DNA from: Bacteroidales bacterium
GTDB taxonomy: Bacteria; Bacteroidota; Bacteroidia; Bacteroidales; UBA12077
Assembly: GCA_046545815.1 (NCBI GenBank)
Contig: JBKGZA010000003.1
Coordinates: forward strand, 1-54,774
Direction of reading: 5' to 3'
Length of the DNA stretch: 54,774 nucleotides
In this document: piece after piece, positions 19,021-29,911 of the stretch
Layout: the number at the start of each line of letters is the position of its first letter
Position numbering within the stretch: position 1 is the stretch's first letter
Made by a program: the position numbers and the translations under genes
The notes under the pieces: generated by a model
Told to the model about the DNA's origin: nothing
Database searches by the model: none
Seen by the model: the letters and a program-made list of their open reading frames with translations, nothing else

Positions 19021-20190
19021 TCAGGAGGAATTGGCTTTAGGTTGGGTATCTTCCAGTATTCCTTGCATTAAGGGGATATAATATTTCCAGAAAAATTTTT
19101 TCCTGTCTGCATCATCTTTTGAATAAAATAAGAAATCAATCAATTGGATCCCTGAAAAATAGGAGGTTGCTGTATAAATTGGATTATCACAGAAATCTCC
19201 TGCAAAGTAATAAAGGGTGTAGTTTTCAGTGGCAGGGTGAATGATGGCGGGAAATGTTGCAGTGAGGTTATAGCCGGCAAGCAGTGAATCCCCAACGGCA
19301 TTGGTGGCTAAATTAAAATGGGCTACCACATCATCCGTATTATCAGCCTTTACCACATCGAACCAATATGGATATTCAAGGCGGAGGGGCAATTGATAAT
19401 TCTCGGCAAACTTTTCTCTGGTATGAATTACAGGTACATCCCGTGTTAAATGTTCGGATGACTCCAAAACGATTATCTCTCCGTATCTATGGATTAATAC
19501 AATGCCGGAATCATTAAAATTCCACGGGGTTCCATTCTGATTTTCATACAAATCCACAATCCACCCGGGAAATTCAGGGTTTTGTCTGAAATTCAATGAA
19601 GAAAAATACCGACCAATCCATCCTTGCCAACTGAGTTGAAGCAAATCTTCAGTTTTCTCTCTTATCCGGGGAGAAACGGTTTGGTTCAACAATACGAATT
19701 CGGTGATAACAGTTTTACCTTTTTCCATAAGCGCTTTTAACAGCAGGTAATCATTCTGGTTCAGTCCTCCGTAAACCTTTTGTTCTGTGTCTCTCTCCAA
19801 TTGCCCGTTATGATACCAATCATTATAGTAAACTCCATAACTATCTGCGTAATATGCAATATCCGTTTCGCTGGATATTTTTCCGATTTCTTCCACAGCG
19901 ATGCTCCTGAAATCAAATTGGTGTTTATCAGGATCAACTGGGAAAAAACCATAATAATCCGTTTTTAATTTATACCGCTCACGGTTTGATTTTACATACC
20001 GCTCTTGATTCAGTATCCAGTGAAAAGATTTGTGTTCAATCCGCTCTTTGGTGGGAACCGATTTATTAAGCAAGAACACATTCAGCTCGTTTTTGGATTT
20101 AAAGAACCACATAAGGAAAGAAACCAAAATCAGCAAAATAAAAACGGCAAACACCAGGGATACAACTCTTGTAATCCTTTTTTTTCTCAT
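19021..20190 (-). CDS. membrane-anchored hypothetical protein
   Basis: 389-aa ORF with an N-terminal TM helix; Tyr/Trp-rich; NKSVP...EHKSFHWILN and YYADSYGVY motifs. Confidence 0.8.
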   Translation of the reverse strand: MRKKRITRVVSLVFAVFILLILVSFLMWFFKSKNELNVFLLNKSVPTKERIEHKSFHWILNQERYVKSNRERYKLKTDYYGFFPVDPDKHQFDFRSIAVEEIGKISSETDIAYYADSYGVYYNDWYHNGQLERDTEQKVYGGLNQNDYLLLKALMEKGKTVITEFVLLNQTVSPRIREKTEDLLQLSWQGWIGRYFSSLNFRQNPEFPGWIVDLYENQNGTPWNFNDSGIVLIHRYGEIIVLESSEHLTRDVPVIHTREKFAENYQLPLRLEYPYWFDVVKADNTDDVVAHFNLATNAVGDSLLAGYNLTATFPAIIHPATENYTLYYFAGDFCDNPIYTATSYFSGIQLIDFLFYSKDDADRKKFFWKYYIPLMQGILEDTQPKANSS

Positions 20191-20247
20191 TGGCCACTTA
20201 TTTAATTAGCGGCACAAAATAAGCGTTTTTTAAAAAAGGATAAAAAT

Positions 20248-22275
20248 TCAGACAATTTTTTTAATGGCTTCCTCCACATCATTCAATGGCTTTTGACAAA
20301 CCTTTTCCTGACAGATATAGATTTGAGTTTTACCCAGTTTAAAACGGTTCTTCAAAATTGGCAGATTTCCTTCGTGCGTTCCTCCGGCCAGGATAATCCC
20401 GGGATGATAGATGTTTTCAAATCGTTTCCGGTATTCTTCGGCTTTTCTTCCTATTATAGCAACTTCGTAAGGAGGGTAAATGTACCAGAGCATCAAGTTC
20501 AACCAATTGGAAAAATATAATGGATTTCTGGAGATCAAGCTATTTGCGCTTGCAAGCATTTCTGCCGACCTTTCAATATAGGAATCAACGAAAAAATACT
20601 GCCCCAGGACAAAAAGATTCTTCGCCATTACTGAGTTGGAAGAAGGCAATACCGTGTCTCCTACCTCAATTTTATTGGATATTAAATATTTATCAGGCTT
20701 TGCAATATAATTTAGCAGGCTGCTTCTTGATTGGCTGAAATTCCGCAATACAAAGTTAGTGAGTTTATAAGCCCAGTCAACCCATTTGCCATCAAAGGTG
20801 AGCTGATACAATTCAAGCATGACTTCGGTTAAGTAGGTATAATCATCTAAAAATGCATCCACAGAAGATTCTCCTTCAATGTAGATCCGCTTCAGCCGAT
20901 AGTCGCTTTGCATCTGATAACCAATAAGATGTTCTGCGCTATTTAATGCTATCCTCAGGTATCTGCTTTTGCCTGTAGCCCTGTATCCATCAATAAAGGC
21001 TTTAACAGCCAGTGCATTCCATGCAGTAATGGTTTTTTTGTCGACACCTGGCCGGGCTCTTTTTTTTCTTTGCGCCCACAAAGACCGTTTACCTTCCTGA
21101 ATATTCTCCTTAACTTTAGCTGGGGAAATGTTATACTTCTCAGCAAGTTCAGCTATATTCATACTTTTTGCAAGTACAATTTTATTTTCTCCGTTTTCCG
21201 GCTGAATACCGAAATAATCACTTACGATCGCTGATTTTGAATGCAAAACAAGCTCAATCTCCTTAGGGGTCCAGGTATAATATGCCCCCTCACCTTTTTC
21301 ATTATCGGCGTCAATAGAAGAATAAAACAGATGTTCTTCTGACATCATTTCTCTCTGAAGAAAATCAAGGGTTTCAATCACCGTCTCCTTAAGATGCTCC
21401 TTTTGGGTATACAGATAAGCCTGGCTGTATAAACTGGCCAATTGAGCATTGTCATAAAGCATTTTTTCAAAATGAGGTACCTGCCATTTTTTATCGGTAG
21501 CATACCGGGCAAAACCTCCTCCAAGGTGATCGTAGATCCCCCCTTCCGACATTTTCTCCAGGCTGAACAGCACATGCTCCAATATGCTTTGATCACCAGT
21601 ATGAAAATGATACTTGAGGAGAAACTGATAAAACACAGGCATTGAAAATTTCGGTGTTCCTTTTATGCCTCCAAACTCATTGTCCAGTTGGCGATAAACT
21701 TTCTCCATCCGTTCCTTCAGCTCATTCTCATCATAATCAGGTATGATGTTAATGGGTTCTAAGTGCTGAATATTTTGTACATCTTTTTTGATATTTTCTG
21801 CCTGCTGTTCCAGCATACCGGGATTTTTACGGTAAGTACCGGCAAAATTTATAATTAAGTGTTGCCATTGAGGTTTTCTGAAGTAGGTACCTCCATATAC
21901 CGGTCTGCCGTCGGGTAAGGCAAAACAGTTAAGAGGCCAGCCGCCGGAGCCGTTTATGATCTGAACCGCATCCATATAAATGCTGTCTACATCGGGTCTC
22001 TCTTCCCGGTCCACCTTGATACAAACATAATTTTGATTCATTATTTTTGCCACTTCCCGGTCACTGAATGATTCGTGCTCCATTACATGACACCAGTGGC
22101 AGGCTGAGTAACCGATGCTGATCAGTACGAGCTTATTCTCCTTCTTTGCTTTTTCAAATGCCTCCTCACTCCAGGGGTACCAATCGACAGGATTATCGGC
22201 ATGTTGTAAAAGATATGGGCTTGACTCCCATATCAATCTGTTGGTGGAATGATTTTGTTTTTTTGCAGTATCCAT
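20248..22275 (-). CDS. thioredoxin domain-containing protein (YyaL/SPATA20 family)
   Basis: [47 protein letters not shown] motifs. Confidence 0.93.
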   Translation of the reverse strand: MDTAKKQNHSTNRLIWESSPYLLQHADNPVDWYPWSEEAFEKAKKENKLVLISIGYSACHWCHVMEHESFSDREVAKIMNQNYVCIKVDREERPDVDSIYMDAVQIINGSGGWPLNCFALPDGRPVYGGTYFRKPQWQHLIINFAGTYRKNPGMLEQQAENIKKDVQNIQHLEPINIIPDYDENELKERMEKVYRQLDNEFGGIKGTPKFSMPVFYQFLLKYHFHTGDQSILEHVLFSLEKMSEGGIYDHLGGGFARYATDKKWQVPHFEKMLYDNAQLASLYSQAYLYTQKEHLKETVIETLDFLQREMMSEEHLFYSSIDADNEKGEGAYYTWTPKEIELVLHSKSAIVSDYFGIQPENGENKIVLAKSMNIAELAEKYNISPAKVKENIQEGKRSLWAQRKKRARPGVDKKTITAWNALAVKAFIDGYRATGKSRYLRIALNSAEHLIGYQMQSDYRLKRIYIEGESSVDAFLDDYTYLTEVMLELYQLTFDGKWVDWAYKLTNFVLRNFSQSRSSLLNYIAKPDKYLISNKIEVGDTVLPSSNSVMAKNLFVLGQYFFVDSYIERSAEMLASANSLISRNPLYFSNWLNLMLWYIYPPYEVAIIGRKAEEYRKRFENIYHPGIILAGGTHEGNLPILKNRFKLGKTQIYICQEKVCQKPLNDVEEAIKKIV

Positions 22276-22352
22276 ATAATACCTGTTTTATACCATACAG
22301 ATATTATAACAATTGAAATACAATAAATGTTGACAGGCAAAGTATGGAAGGA

Positions 22353-22724
22353 TCATTCCACTCGAACCTGGAAATATTTTTCTTTACTGGTTTCTTCGGT
22401 TCCCGGTCTTTTATAAACAAATTTCAATATGGTATTTCCTTTCTTATCAGCCAGGAAATACCATTTTCTCTTACCTCCCCCTCCTAAACGGGGATTTCCA
22501 GAAGGATTTTCCACGGGAACGTATTTTTCTTTCTGAAGCGTAACCACTGAATCGGAAAGCCCTTCTTCTACCTTCCATGTATATCCAGTAGAGGGATTGG
22601 TTTTTAGATTGATCACAAATTGTTCGCCTTGATTCAGCTTATATTCCCTGTCAAATTCAATGCTGGCACATGACGGGCTTATCAAAAAAACTATAAAAAC
22701 AAACTGAAGAATCCGGGGTTTCAT
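22353..22724 (-). CDS. protease inhibitor I42 (chagasin) family lipoprotein
   Basis: NPSTGYTW loop, GGGG loop, YKRP; signal peptide ending SPSC. Confidence 0.85.
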   Translation of the reverse strand: MKPRILQFVFIVFLISPSCASIEFDREYKLNQGEQFVINLKTNPSTGYTWKVEEGLSDSVVTLQKEKYVPVENPSGNPRLGGGGKRKWYFLADKKGNTILKFVYKRPGTEETSKEKYFQVRVE

Positions 22725-22818
22725 GAAGTGATGATTTGTGGATTAGAGCTTCTGACCAAATGGTAAATATAATGAAAAAATGGCATCAGGCAAAAGCTTA
22801 CGGAGCATGAACAAAACC

Positions 22819-23994
22819 TTAACAATATTTTCTGACTGCTCTTTCCATATTATTCAGAGCTGTTTCCAGAGTTTTTACGGGACAGGCGAAATTCAGCCGT
22901 TGGAAGCCTGCGCCGTTATCCCCGAAAGTAGACCCTTCATTCATCCCTACTCCAGCTTTTTCAACCATAAAACGGTTGATCCTGTTATTGTCAATGGGCA
23001 ATTCCCTGCAATCCAACCAGGCAAGATAAGTTCCCTCAGGTTTGATCAAATGCATTCCGGGTATTCGATTATCCACATAATTGTTAATAAGCTGAAGGTT
23101 CCCTTGTAAATATTCTATCAATTCATCCAGCCATTCCTCTCCATGATTATAAGCTGCTTCCAGGGCCACGTTACCGAAAATGTTTCCGTGCCAAAGATGA
23201 ATTCTTTGGATCATCTCATTGAAGGCTTCCTTGAGTTTATTGTTGGGTATGATGCCTATGGAAGTAGATAATCCGGCAATATTAAAAGTTTTGCTGGGTG
23301 CCAGAAAAGTCAGCGTATTTTGGGCTATTGCATCGCTTATCGAAGCCATTGGTGTAAACACATTCCCCGGAAAGACAATATCGGAATGTATTTCATCGGC
23401 TATAATCAGTGTACCATATCGAACACACAGCTCGCCGATTGTTTTCAGCTCTTTACGGGTCCACACTGAGCCACCAGGATTATGCGGATTGGAAAGAATA
23501 AATAGCTTAACTCCGGATTTGAGCTGTTCTTCAAAATCATCCATATCGATGTGATACCTGCCATCCCTTAAAATAAGCCTGTTTTCGACCAGTTGTCGGT
23601 TATTTTGTTTAACAGCTTGAAAAAAGGGGAAATATACCGGTGGTTGAATCATTACCTTCTCCTCCGGATCAGTTAGTTTTATAATGGATAAATTTACCCC
23701 GGGAACGATTCCCGGGGTAAAGGTAAGCCAGTCGCGCGCTATAGGCCAATTGTATCTTCTTTCTGTCCAGTGCATTACTGACTGGTAAAATGACTCCGGC
23801 CGGATGCTGTAGCCATAAATTTCATGCCTGGCCCTTTCCATAATGGCCTCTGAGACGGAAGGAGGTACTTTGAAGTCCATATCCGCCACCCACATAGGAA
23901 GTATATCTTCCCTTCCGAACAGCTTTTTCCTCAGATCATACTTAACACTGTTTGTATTCGCCCTGGGTATAAGCTCATCCAAATTATATGGCAT
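22819..23994 (-). CDS. PLP-dependent C-S lyase (PatB/MalY family)
   Basis: LPMWVADMDF, NPHNPGG, DEIHSD, APSKTFNIAGL motifs. Confidence 0.93.
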   Translation of the reverse strand: MPYNLDELIPRANTNSVKYDLRKKLFGREDILPMWVADMDFKVPPSVSEAIMERARHEIYGYSIRPESFYQSVMHWTERRYNWPIARDWLTFTPGIVPGVNLSIIKLTDPEEKVMIQPPVYFPFFQAVKQNNRQLVENRLILRDGRYHIDMDDFEEQLKSGVKLFILSNPHNPGGSVWTRKELKTIGELCVRYGTLIIADEIHSDIVFPGNVFTPMASISDAIAQNTLTFLAPSKTFNIAGLSTSIGIIPNNKLKEAFNEMIQRIHLWHGNIFGNVALEAAYNHGEEWLDELIEYLQGNLQLINNYVDNRIPGMHLIKPEGTYLAWLDCRELPIDNNRINRFMVEKAGVGMNEGSTFGDNGAGFQRLNFACPVKTLETALNNMERAVRKYC

Positions 23995-23997
23995 ACA

Positions 23998-24639
23998 TTA
24001 TTCTTTTGAAAATCCTATTGACTGGCTATAAACAACATGTTGATTTTCGTTCAGATTCAAAGTTTTCGTAATAAGCTCCTTATCCACTGAACCTCTGAAG
24101 ACACAGTTTAACCCTTCAGAGGCAGCAAAAAGGTAAACGTTCTGTCCAATGAACCCGCAATGTGCAGATGCGGCTTCCTTATGCTGCTGATCACTGCCAT
24201 CCGAATATTTGGAAAAATCAGATACGTAAACCAGATTAACCGACGCCTCTTCAACGAAATCCTGCAAACCTGTTACGTCCCGAACATCTTTTCCAGTTAT
24301 TCTTTTTAATGCGTGCTTTTCAGGCAAATACAAGAAAGCTCCCTCTTGTGTAGCCACATAAATCTGGATATCCTGAACATTGTGTGCGGAAGGAGCTGTA
24401 CGCTTCCCCGATTCCGGCCTGTTGATACCAAAAGCAGCCCAAAGAAGGCTGGAAAGCATTTGATCGCTCATTTTCTTATTAGCAAACGTGCGGGAAGATT
24501 GCCTTTGATCCAATGCTTTCATAAGACGTTTTCCTCCAGTCTTCTGGGGGTCAGGTAATTGATTTATTTCCTGTGCCTGAATCTGGGTCAGACCAAGTGT
24601 CAACAAAAATAATGTTGAAATAAATATGTTTTTTGTCAT
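23998..24639 (-). CDS. nitroreductase (SagB/ThcOx-like) with signal peptide
   Basis: RQSSR, LLWAAFGINR, RTAPSA, QNVYLFAASEGL motifs; leader ending IQA-Q. Confidence 0.88.
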   Translation of the reverse strand: MTKNIFISTLFLLTLGLTQIQAQEINQLPDPQKTGGKRLMKALDQRQSSRTFANKKMSDQMLSSLLWAAFGINRPESGKRTAPSAHNVQDIQIYVATQEGAFLYLPEKHALKRITGKDVRDVTGLQDFVEEASVNLVYVSDFSKYSDGSDQQHKEAASAHCGFIGQNVYLFAASEGLNCVFRGSVDKELITKTLNLNENQHVVYSQSIGFSKE

Positions 24640-24790
24640 AAGCATCAATGATTTAAGTTAAAAAAATTTTTTATTTGTTGATGATGTATCACACATGTTT
24701 GCCTTTACCTATGTTACCTATGTTTAATCCCTACTTCAGGTTCATTTTTCATAATGTATACTTAAATGAGAATGAAAATAACTGCTTAAT

Positions 24791-25990
24791 TCAGTCTTGT
24801 AACAGCAATTTGTCAGCCATAGCATGGGCGAGTTTTTCACATCCGGCGAAGGCCTCATCTCCCGGAATACCTTTAATATCAACTGGTTCGCCTATCATCT
24901 CCCAATCGATATTTTCGGCAAACTTGTTCAGTGTTTTCACACCTCCGCCTGCCCAGCTATAAGAACCAAATAATCCAAGATAATGATTTTTGGGACCAAT
25001 ATGTTCCATTGTTCGGGTGAAGTGTTCCATAGTGGGAAGCATACCCGCATTATACGCACAACTGCCGAGTATTACACCTTTAAAACGCCATATGTCATTG
25101 ATCAAATGAGATAAATGGGTACTGGAAACGTCACGTATCCTGATGTTTTTGATTCCCCTTTCTGCCAGTTTACGGGCGGTATAATCAGCCATTTTCTCAG
25201 TATTGCCGTACATTGAACCATATATGATTGCTACACCGGTTTCTGTCTCAAATTTACTCCATTTATCATAAAGAGAAAGCACCTTATTGACATCACTTCG
25301 CCAAACCGGGCCGTGGGTTGAAGCCACTATCTGTATTTCAAAGCCTTCCAGCTTTTTAAAGGCTTTTTGCACCATATTGCTATATTTTCCAACTATATTT
25401 GAAAAATACCGGCGCATTTCATCTTCATAAAATTCAAAGTTAATTTCATCATCGAAAATACCTCCGTCGAGGGAACCAAAACTTCCAAAAGCATCGCCGG
25501 AAAAAAGAATCTTATCAGTCTCATCAAAAGTCATCATGGTTTCGGGCCAATGAACCCACGGAGTGGAAATGAATTTCAGCTTATGTTTGCCCAGATTCAG
25601 CTCGTCTCCGTTTTTTACTTCATAAAGATTGTCTTTGTATCCATAATAGGACTCCAGAATTTTAAAGGTTTTCAGGTTGCCTGCGATCTGTAGATTCGGA
25701 TATTTCTCTACAAGCGCCCGGATAGCTCCGGAATGATCCGGTTCCATGTGATTCACAATAAGATAATCGACCTGCCGGGTTTCTCCGATAATGCTTCGGA
25801 TTTTATCAATATATTCTTCCGCCGAGCTGAAATTAACCGTATCAATTAATGCTACTTGTTCATCATCAATTAGATAAGAATTATAAGCTATACCATTCTC
25901 AAGGGGCCAAAGGTTTTCAAAAAGCTCTGTTTTCCGGTCATTGACACCTATCCAATGGACATCAGCACTTACTTTTACAGTATGGTTCAT
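24791..25990 (-). CDS. FprA family A-type flavodiiron protein
   Basis: NHMEPDH, HWPE, SGDAFG motifs; flavodoxin SMYGNT. Confidence 0.93.
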   Translation of the reverse strand: MNHTVKVSADVHWIGVNDRKTELFENLWPLENGIAYNSYLIDDEQVALIDTVNFSSAEEYIDKIRSIIGETRQVDYLIVNHMEPDHSGAIRALVEKYPNLQIAGNLKTFKILESYYGYKDNLYEVKNGDELNLGKHKLKFISTPWVHWPETMMTFDETDKILFSGDAFGSFGSLDGGIFDDEINFEFYEDEMRRYFSNIVGKYSNMVQKAFKKLEGFEIQIVASTHGPVWRSDVNKVLSLYDKWSKFETETGVAIIYGSMYGNTEKMADYTARKLAERGIKNIRIRDVSSTHLSHLINDIWRFKGVILGSCAYNAGMLPTMEHFTRTMEHIGPKNHYLGLFGSYSWAGGGVKTLNKFAENIDWEMIGEPVDIKGIPGDEAFAGCEKLAHAMADKLLLQD

Positions 25991-26121
25991 ATTTTGAAAT
26001 TTTCAGGATTTATGATTTGACAAAAATAAATAATTACGGAGGAAACATTGGCAATTGGTTTTATTATAAATATCATTTTGCTATTTTTGGCCCATTAAAT
26101 CAGAATTTACAGGATATAACA

Positions 26122-26955
26122 ATGGAAAATCCCTCACAAGGCAGTATCTGGTATTATCCCAAAATTTCACAGGGATTTGGTATTGTATTGATTTTTCTTA
26201 TTTTATCTTTTCTTACCGGACTATTGATATCGGCAGGAAATTTTGCCAAAAACAAGATATTGACGGATCTAATGCAACTCTTTGCCTATCTGTTGGCGGC
26301 AGGAGGAACTTTGTTGATCATTACGCAGGTTAAAACAAGAATCTATTTCAATAAACCCACATTTACAAATCTCCGGGTCACGCCTGCAGATTATGTCATT
26401 ATTCTGATATTAACAGTGTTTGTGATTATTCTCATTGATCCTCTGACCAATATGTTTCCTGTTCCGGAAGAATTCCATGAACTCTTCGAAACGATGTTCA
26501 GTAGAACCATCCCGGCTTTTATTACAGTAGTAATTTTGGCACCTGTACTGGAAGAATTGATATTCAGAGGCATTATGCTGGAAGGTTTCCTGCGAAATTA
26601 TTCACCGGAAAAGGCCATACTATGGACCAATTTTCTTTTTGCTTTTGCTCATATGAATCCCTGGCAGTTTTTAGGTGCATTTCTCATGGGAATATTTATA
26701 AGCTGGGTTTACTATAAAACAAGAAGTCTGGCGCTCCCTGTTTTTATTCACTTTATCAATAACCTGATAAGCTTCATTTTCCTATATCTGACCGATAAAC
26801 CTGTAATGGAAGCAAGCCTTAGGGATGTATTTACCGGTTCTACCGGATATTATACAATGATTATTGCCTGTGCTATATTACTGGGCCTGTTTTTTATGTT
26901 TTCCAACCGTATCTTCCCCATCAAATCGTTACCCAAAGAATATCCTGATAAATAG
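26122..26955 (+). CDS. CPBP (CAAX prenyl protease-like) intramembrane metalloprotease
   Basis: EELIFRG, FAFAH, HFINN motifs; multiple TM helices. Confidence 0.9.
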   Translation: MENPSQGSIWYYPKISQGFGIVLIFLILSFLTGLLISAGNFAKNKILTDLMQLFAYLLAAGGTLLIITQVKTRIYFNKPTFTNLRVTPADYVIILILTVFVIILIDPLTNMFPVPEEFHELFETMFSRTIPAFITVVILAPVLEELIFRGIMLEGFLRNYSPEKAILWTNFLFAFAHMNPWQFLGAFLMGIFISWVYYKTRSLALPVFIHFINNLISFIFLYLTDKPVMEASLRDVFTGSTGYYTMIIACAILLGLFFMFSNRIFPIKSLPKEYPDK

Positions 26956-27019
26956 GAGCTTAGTGATAATTTTTTCCTGCAAAATACCTCAGGAACTTAG
27001 GCGGGGAAAAACCGGGCAA

Positions 27020-27403
27020 TTAAAATTCCTTCATGTTAATCTTAAGTCCCGATTCGATCTCAAAATCTTCCACCTCGTGTACCATATCGGGATCCTCATT
27101 ATCGTAAAACCAGTTGACTTCTACTTCCCCTCCCTCATCCTGGTATTTTTTGAGAATCTCAAAAATGTCCAGCAAGCATTTTGTGGCACTGGTATTGAAG
27201 TAGACGAGCTTAATATTCATCGTGATCTTATCGCCTATATTTTGAATATATCTCTCAATCCAATTCATCAAAGGAAGATAAAAGGTGTAGGTCGATTCCA
27301 TATAGGATTCACCAATAATTTCACATACTCCTGTTTCAGCATTAAATTTAACTTCAGGTTTGTCAGGGTTTTCAAGTGAACGCTGAATATGGATATTCTG
27401 CAT
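27020..27403 (-). CDS. SiaC family (DUF1987) regulatory phosphoprotein
   Basis: PEVKFN, GESYME, YFNTSATK, VNWFYD motifs. Confidence 0.85.
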   Translation of the reverse strand: MQNIHIQRSLENPDKPEVKFNAETGVCEIIGESYMESTYTFYLPLMNWIERYIQNIGDKITMNIKLVYFNTSATKCLLDIFEILKKYQDEGGEVEVNWFYDNEDPDMVHEVEDFEIESGLKINMKEF

Positions 27404-27577
27404 AGAAATGAATCTTTGTGATTATTGTTTCAAATATATTAATAAATTATTAGTTATAGCTCAAACTTATTGATCTTTTTTCCGTAGAAATTTATTTGAA
27501 AACATAAACATTTACGTAAAATGAGTATTTTGGTTATAATTGAACGATTCAAATTTCAAAGAATATTTTTAAGCCTT

Positions 27578-28546
27578 ATGAAAACCCCATTAATCTTAAC
27601 GCTGATATATTTTCTATCATTCAGCCAAATGTATGCACAATTGCCTCAGGCATTGGACAAGAATACCATCATCAACATGGATATTAAAACGCAAACCCAG
27701 ATTAATTTTAAATTGAAAAATGGTGAGCCCTCAGATGAAGGCTATAAAAATTCTTTTAAGGAATTTGACAGAAATGGCAATGTCATCAAGGAAGAATATT
27801 ACCGCCGGGGTGATATCAATCAGGAGCTCAGTTATAAATATAATCAGAACCAGGATAAAACAGAATACGTAAATTATAGCGTTGAGGAAGACGAAGTCCG
27901 GTTTAAACAAACCATCAATTATAACAGCCAGGGTAAGAAAACCAAGGAGAACCGTTTCAACGGAAGTGAACACCGGATCATTGACTACCATTATAACAAT
28001 GACGGGAAACTTTCCAAGATCATCAAGAATGACCGTAAAGGCAATCTTGTTGAAAGAAGGGAGTTCTCCTACGAAGGAAATGTGGCAGAAATAAGGGTAT
28101 TGGACAGTGAGGGCAGTTTAATTTCCCGGATTGTAAATAAATACAATGACCAGGGCAGTCTAATAGAAAATCTTCAATTTAAGTCCAATGGCGACAGAAC
28201 CAAGAAAATCACCTATAAGTTTAACGAAGAAAATAATAAAATAGAAGAAACCAAGTACCAGAAGGGCAATTTCATTTACCGAAAGGAATTTTCGTACAAC
28301 TCTGACAACCAGTTGGTGGAAATAAAGAAAGAACAGCCCAAGGACAAAACTCACATATCCAAGATATTCAAATACAACAGTAAAGGCCAGTTATCAAAAG
28401 AGAAGTGGTACGATTCGATGACTGATGAATATTCTTACAAGGAATACTCTTATGATGATCAGGGTATAGTAAAAAAGGCCGAAGTATATTATGCATCTTA
28501 TGATGAAAAGGTGCTTTACCGGTATGACTATGAATTCTACGACTGA
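27578..28546 (+). CDS. exported YD/RHS-like beta-hairpin repeat protein
   Basis: Signal peptide (MYA-Q) followed by repeated Y.YN..G..... units. Confidence 0.78.
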   Translation: MKTPLILTLIYFLSFSQMYAQLPQALDKNTIINMDIKTQTQINFKLKNGEPSDEGYKNSFKEFDRNGNVIKEEYYRRGDINQELSYKYNQNQDKTEYVNYSVEEDEVRFKQTINYNSQGKKTKENRFNGSEHRIIDYHYNNDGKLSKIIKNDRKGNLVERREFSYEGNVAEIRVLDSEGSLISRIVNKYNDQGSLIENLQFKSNGDRTKKITYKFNEENNKIEETKYQKGNFIYRKEFSYNSDNQLVEIKKEQPKDKTHISKIFKYNSKGQLSKEKWYDSMTDEYSYKEYSYDDQGIVKKAEVYYASYDEKVLYRYDYEFYD

Positions 28547-29910
28547 GTATTCATAGTTCCGGCAATGTCAGCTGCCTGTTTAATCCGGTCAGCCATTCCA
28601 ATCCCGTCTTTCAGATTTCCCGCAATAATAAGACCTTTGTATCGGTGTTCAATCTTTTTTATTGTATCAACACGTTTGCCGCTCTCTTTTCCATACTGGG
28701 GAATGGCATATTGATAACGGTTGAATTTCAATAAATCGGGTTGAAATTCATTCAGCCCGAACATCTGTTTCATCTCTTTTCCCAGTATACCGGTCAGTTC
28801 GTGATCAGACTTTTCATACATCTCTTCTCTCCTGACACCTCCCAGGTAGATGGCGAAAAGTCTCCCGCCTTTCGGGGCGCGTTCCGGAATAAATGATGAC
28901 ATAAACAACGCGCCAAGGATATCCCGATTTTCTATATGGGGCACGAGGCCCCCAAAACCTTCCATTTGAAGGCCCTCCCATTTTTTAAATCCAACTGCTG
29001 CCTGAACCACTTTGGCATATTCAAGGGTTGCCATGTGGTTAAGTTCCGTTTTATCTAAAAAAGGAAAAACGCAAGGAAGCTCGTATGCACCGACAGTGGA
29101 AACCACTTGCCTGGCCAGGATATTTCTGTTTTCTCCCCGGTGATGAAACGCCACTTCAAAAAGTTGATTTACAGGATTTACCTGCAAACCTTCGGCATTG
29201 AAAAGGAAACGGTCCTCTCCTGCGGATTGATAAAGGCCTGTAATCAGCTGACCAAGACCTCCGTAGACAGAAAAGACATCTTTTGTGGCTTTTTTTTCCA
29301 ATTCATATTTTTTTGCGAATTTCTTTTTAACGGCCCCTCCTATGAAACTACCATACTCCTGTTCCAGGTTATACAATTTGGGAAGTGCGTATCTGGGAAC
29401 AATCATAGAAGGATCACCGGCATAAACACCCAATATGAAAGGGTCCACCGCGTAATTGAGAAAGGATTCCCCAAGTCTCCTTCTGACCATATCATCCAGG
29501 GTTTCATCAGGATTATCTCCGGGTTTCCGAAAAGGTTCCCCAAGAATTCTGAACTTGTCTTTCCAACTAAAAAGTGGTGTTTTAATGCCTTCTTTCAGAC
29601 CGGAAGGAAGTTTTTCCCACCGGTTGTGTTTCCATATATACCTTTTTTTTACTGAATCATCCGGAATATAGGGTTTGCAATAATCCTGCAGTTCATCAAA
29701 CAATTCGGCTACCTCCCCATACTTGATTATGCCTGTATTGGGTCCCTCCTCATATATAAATCCATCTTCCCTGTGCGTGCCGATCACTCCTCCGGGTTTT
29801 TCTTGTTTTTCAATGACCAGCACCGACCGGTCTGAATCTCTTAACTTATGGGCCAGTGTCAAACCGGTAAGGCCGGCTCCGAGAATCACAATATCGTACT
29901 GTTCTCTCAT
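28537..29910 (-). CDS. hemG: protoporphyrinogen oxidase (HemY-type)
   Basis: GAGLTGL Rossmann motif, EEGPNT, GVYAGDP, AIPQY; adjacent to hemN. Confidence 0.9.
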   Translation of the reverse strand: MREQYDIVILGAGLTGLTLAHKLRDSDRSVLVIEKQEKPGGVIGTHREDGFIYEEGPNTGIIKYGEVAELFDELQDYCKPYIPDDSVKKRYIWKHNRWEKLPSGLKEGIKTPLFSWKDKFRILGEPFRKPGDNPDETLDDMVRRRLGESFLNYAVDPFILGVYAGDPSMIVPRYALPKLYNLEQEYGSFIGGAVKKKFAKKYELEKKATKDVFSVYGGLGQLITGLYQSAGEDRFLFNAEGLQVNPVNQLFEVAFHHRGENRNILARQVVSTVGAYELPCVFPFLDKTELNHMATLEYAKVVQAAVGFKKWEGLQMEGFGGLVPHIENRDILGALFMSSFIPERAPKGGRLFAIYLGGVRREEMYEKSDHELTGILGKEMKQMFGLNEFQPDLLKFNRYQYAIPQYGKESGKRVDTIKKIEHRYKGLIIAGNLKDGIGMADRIKQAADIAGTMNTQS

Positions 29911-29911
29911 T

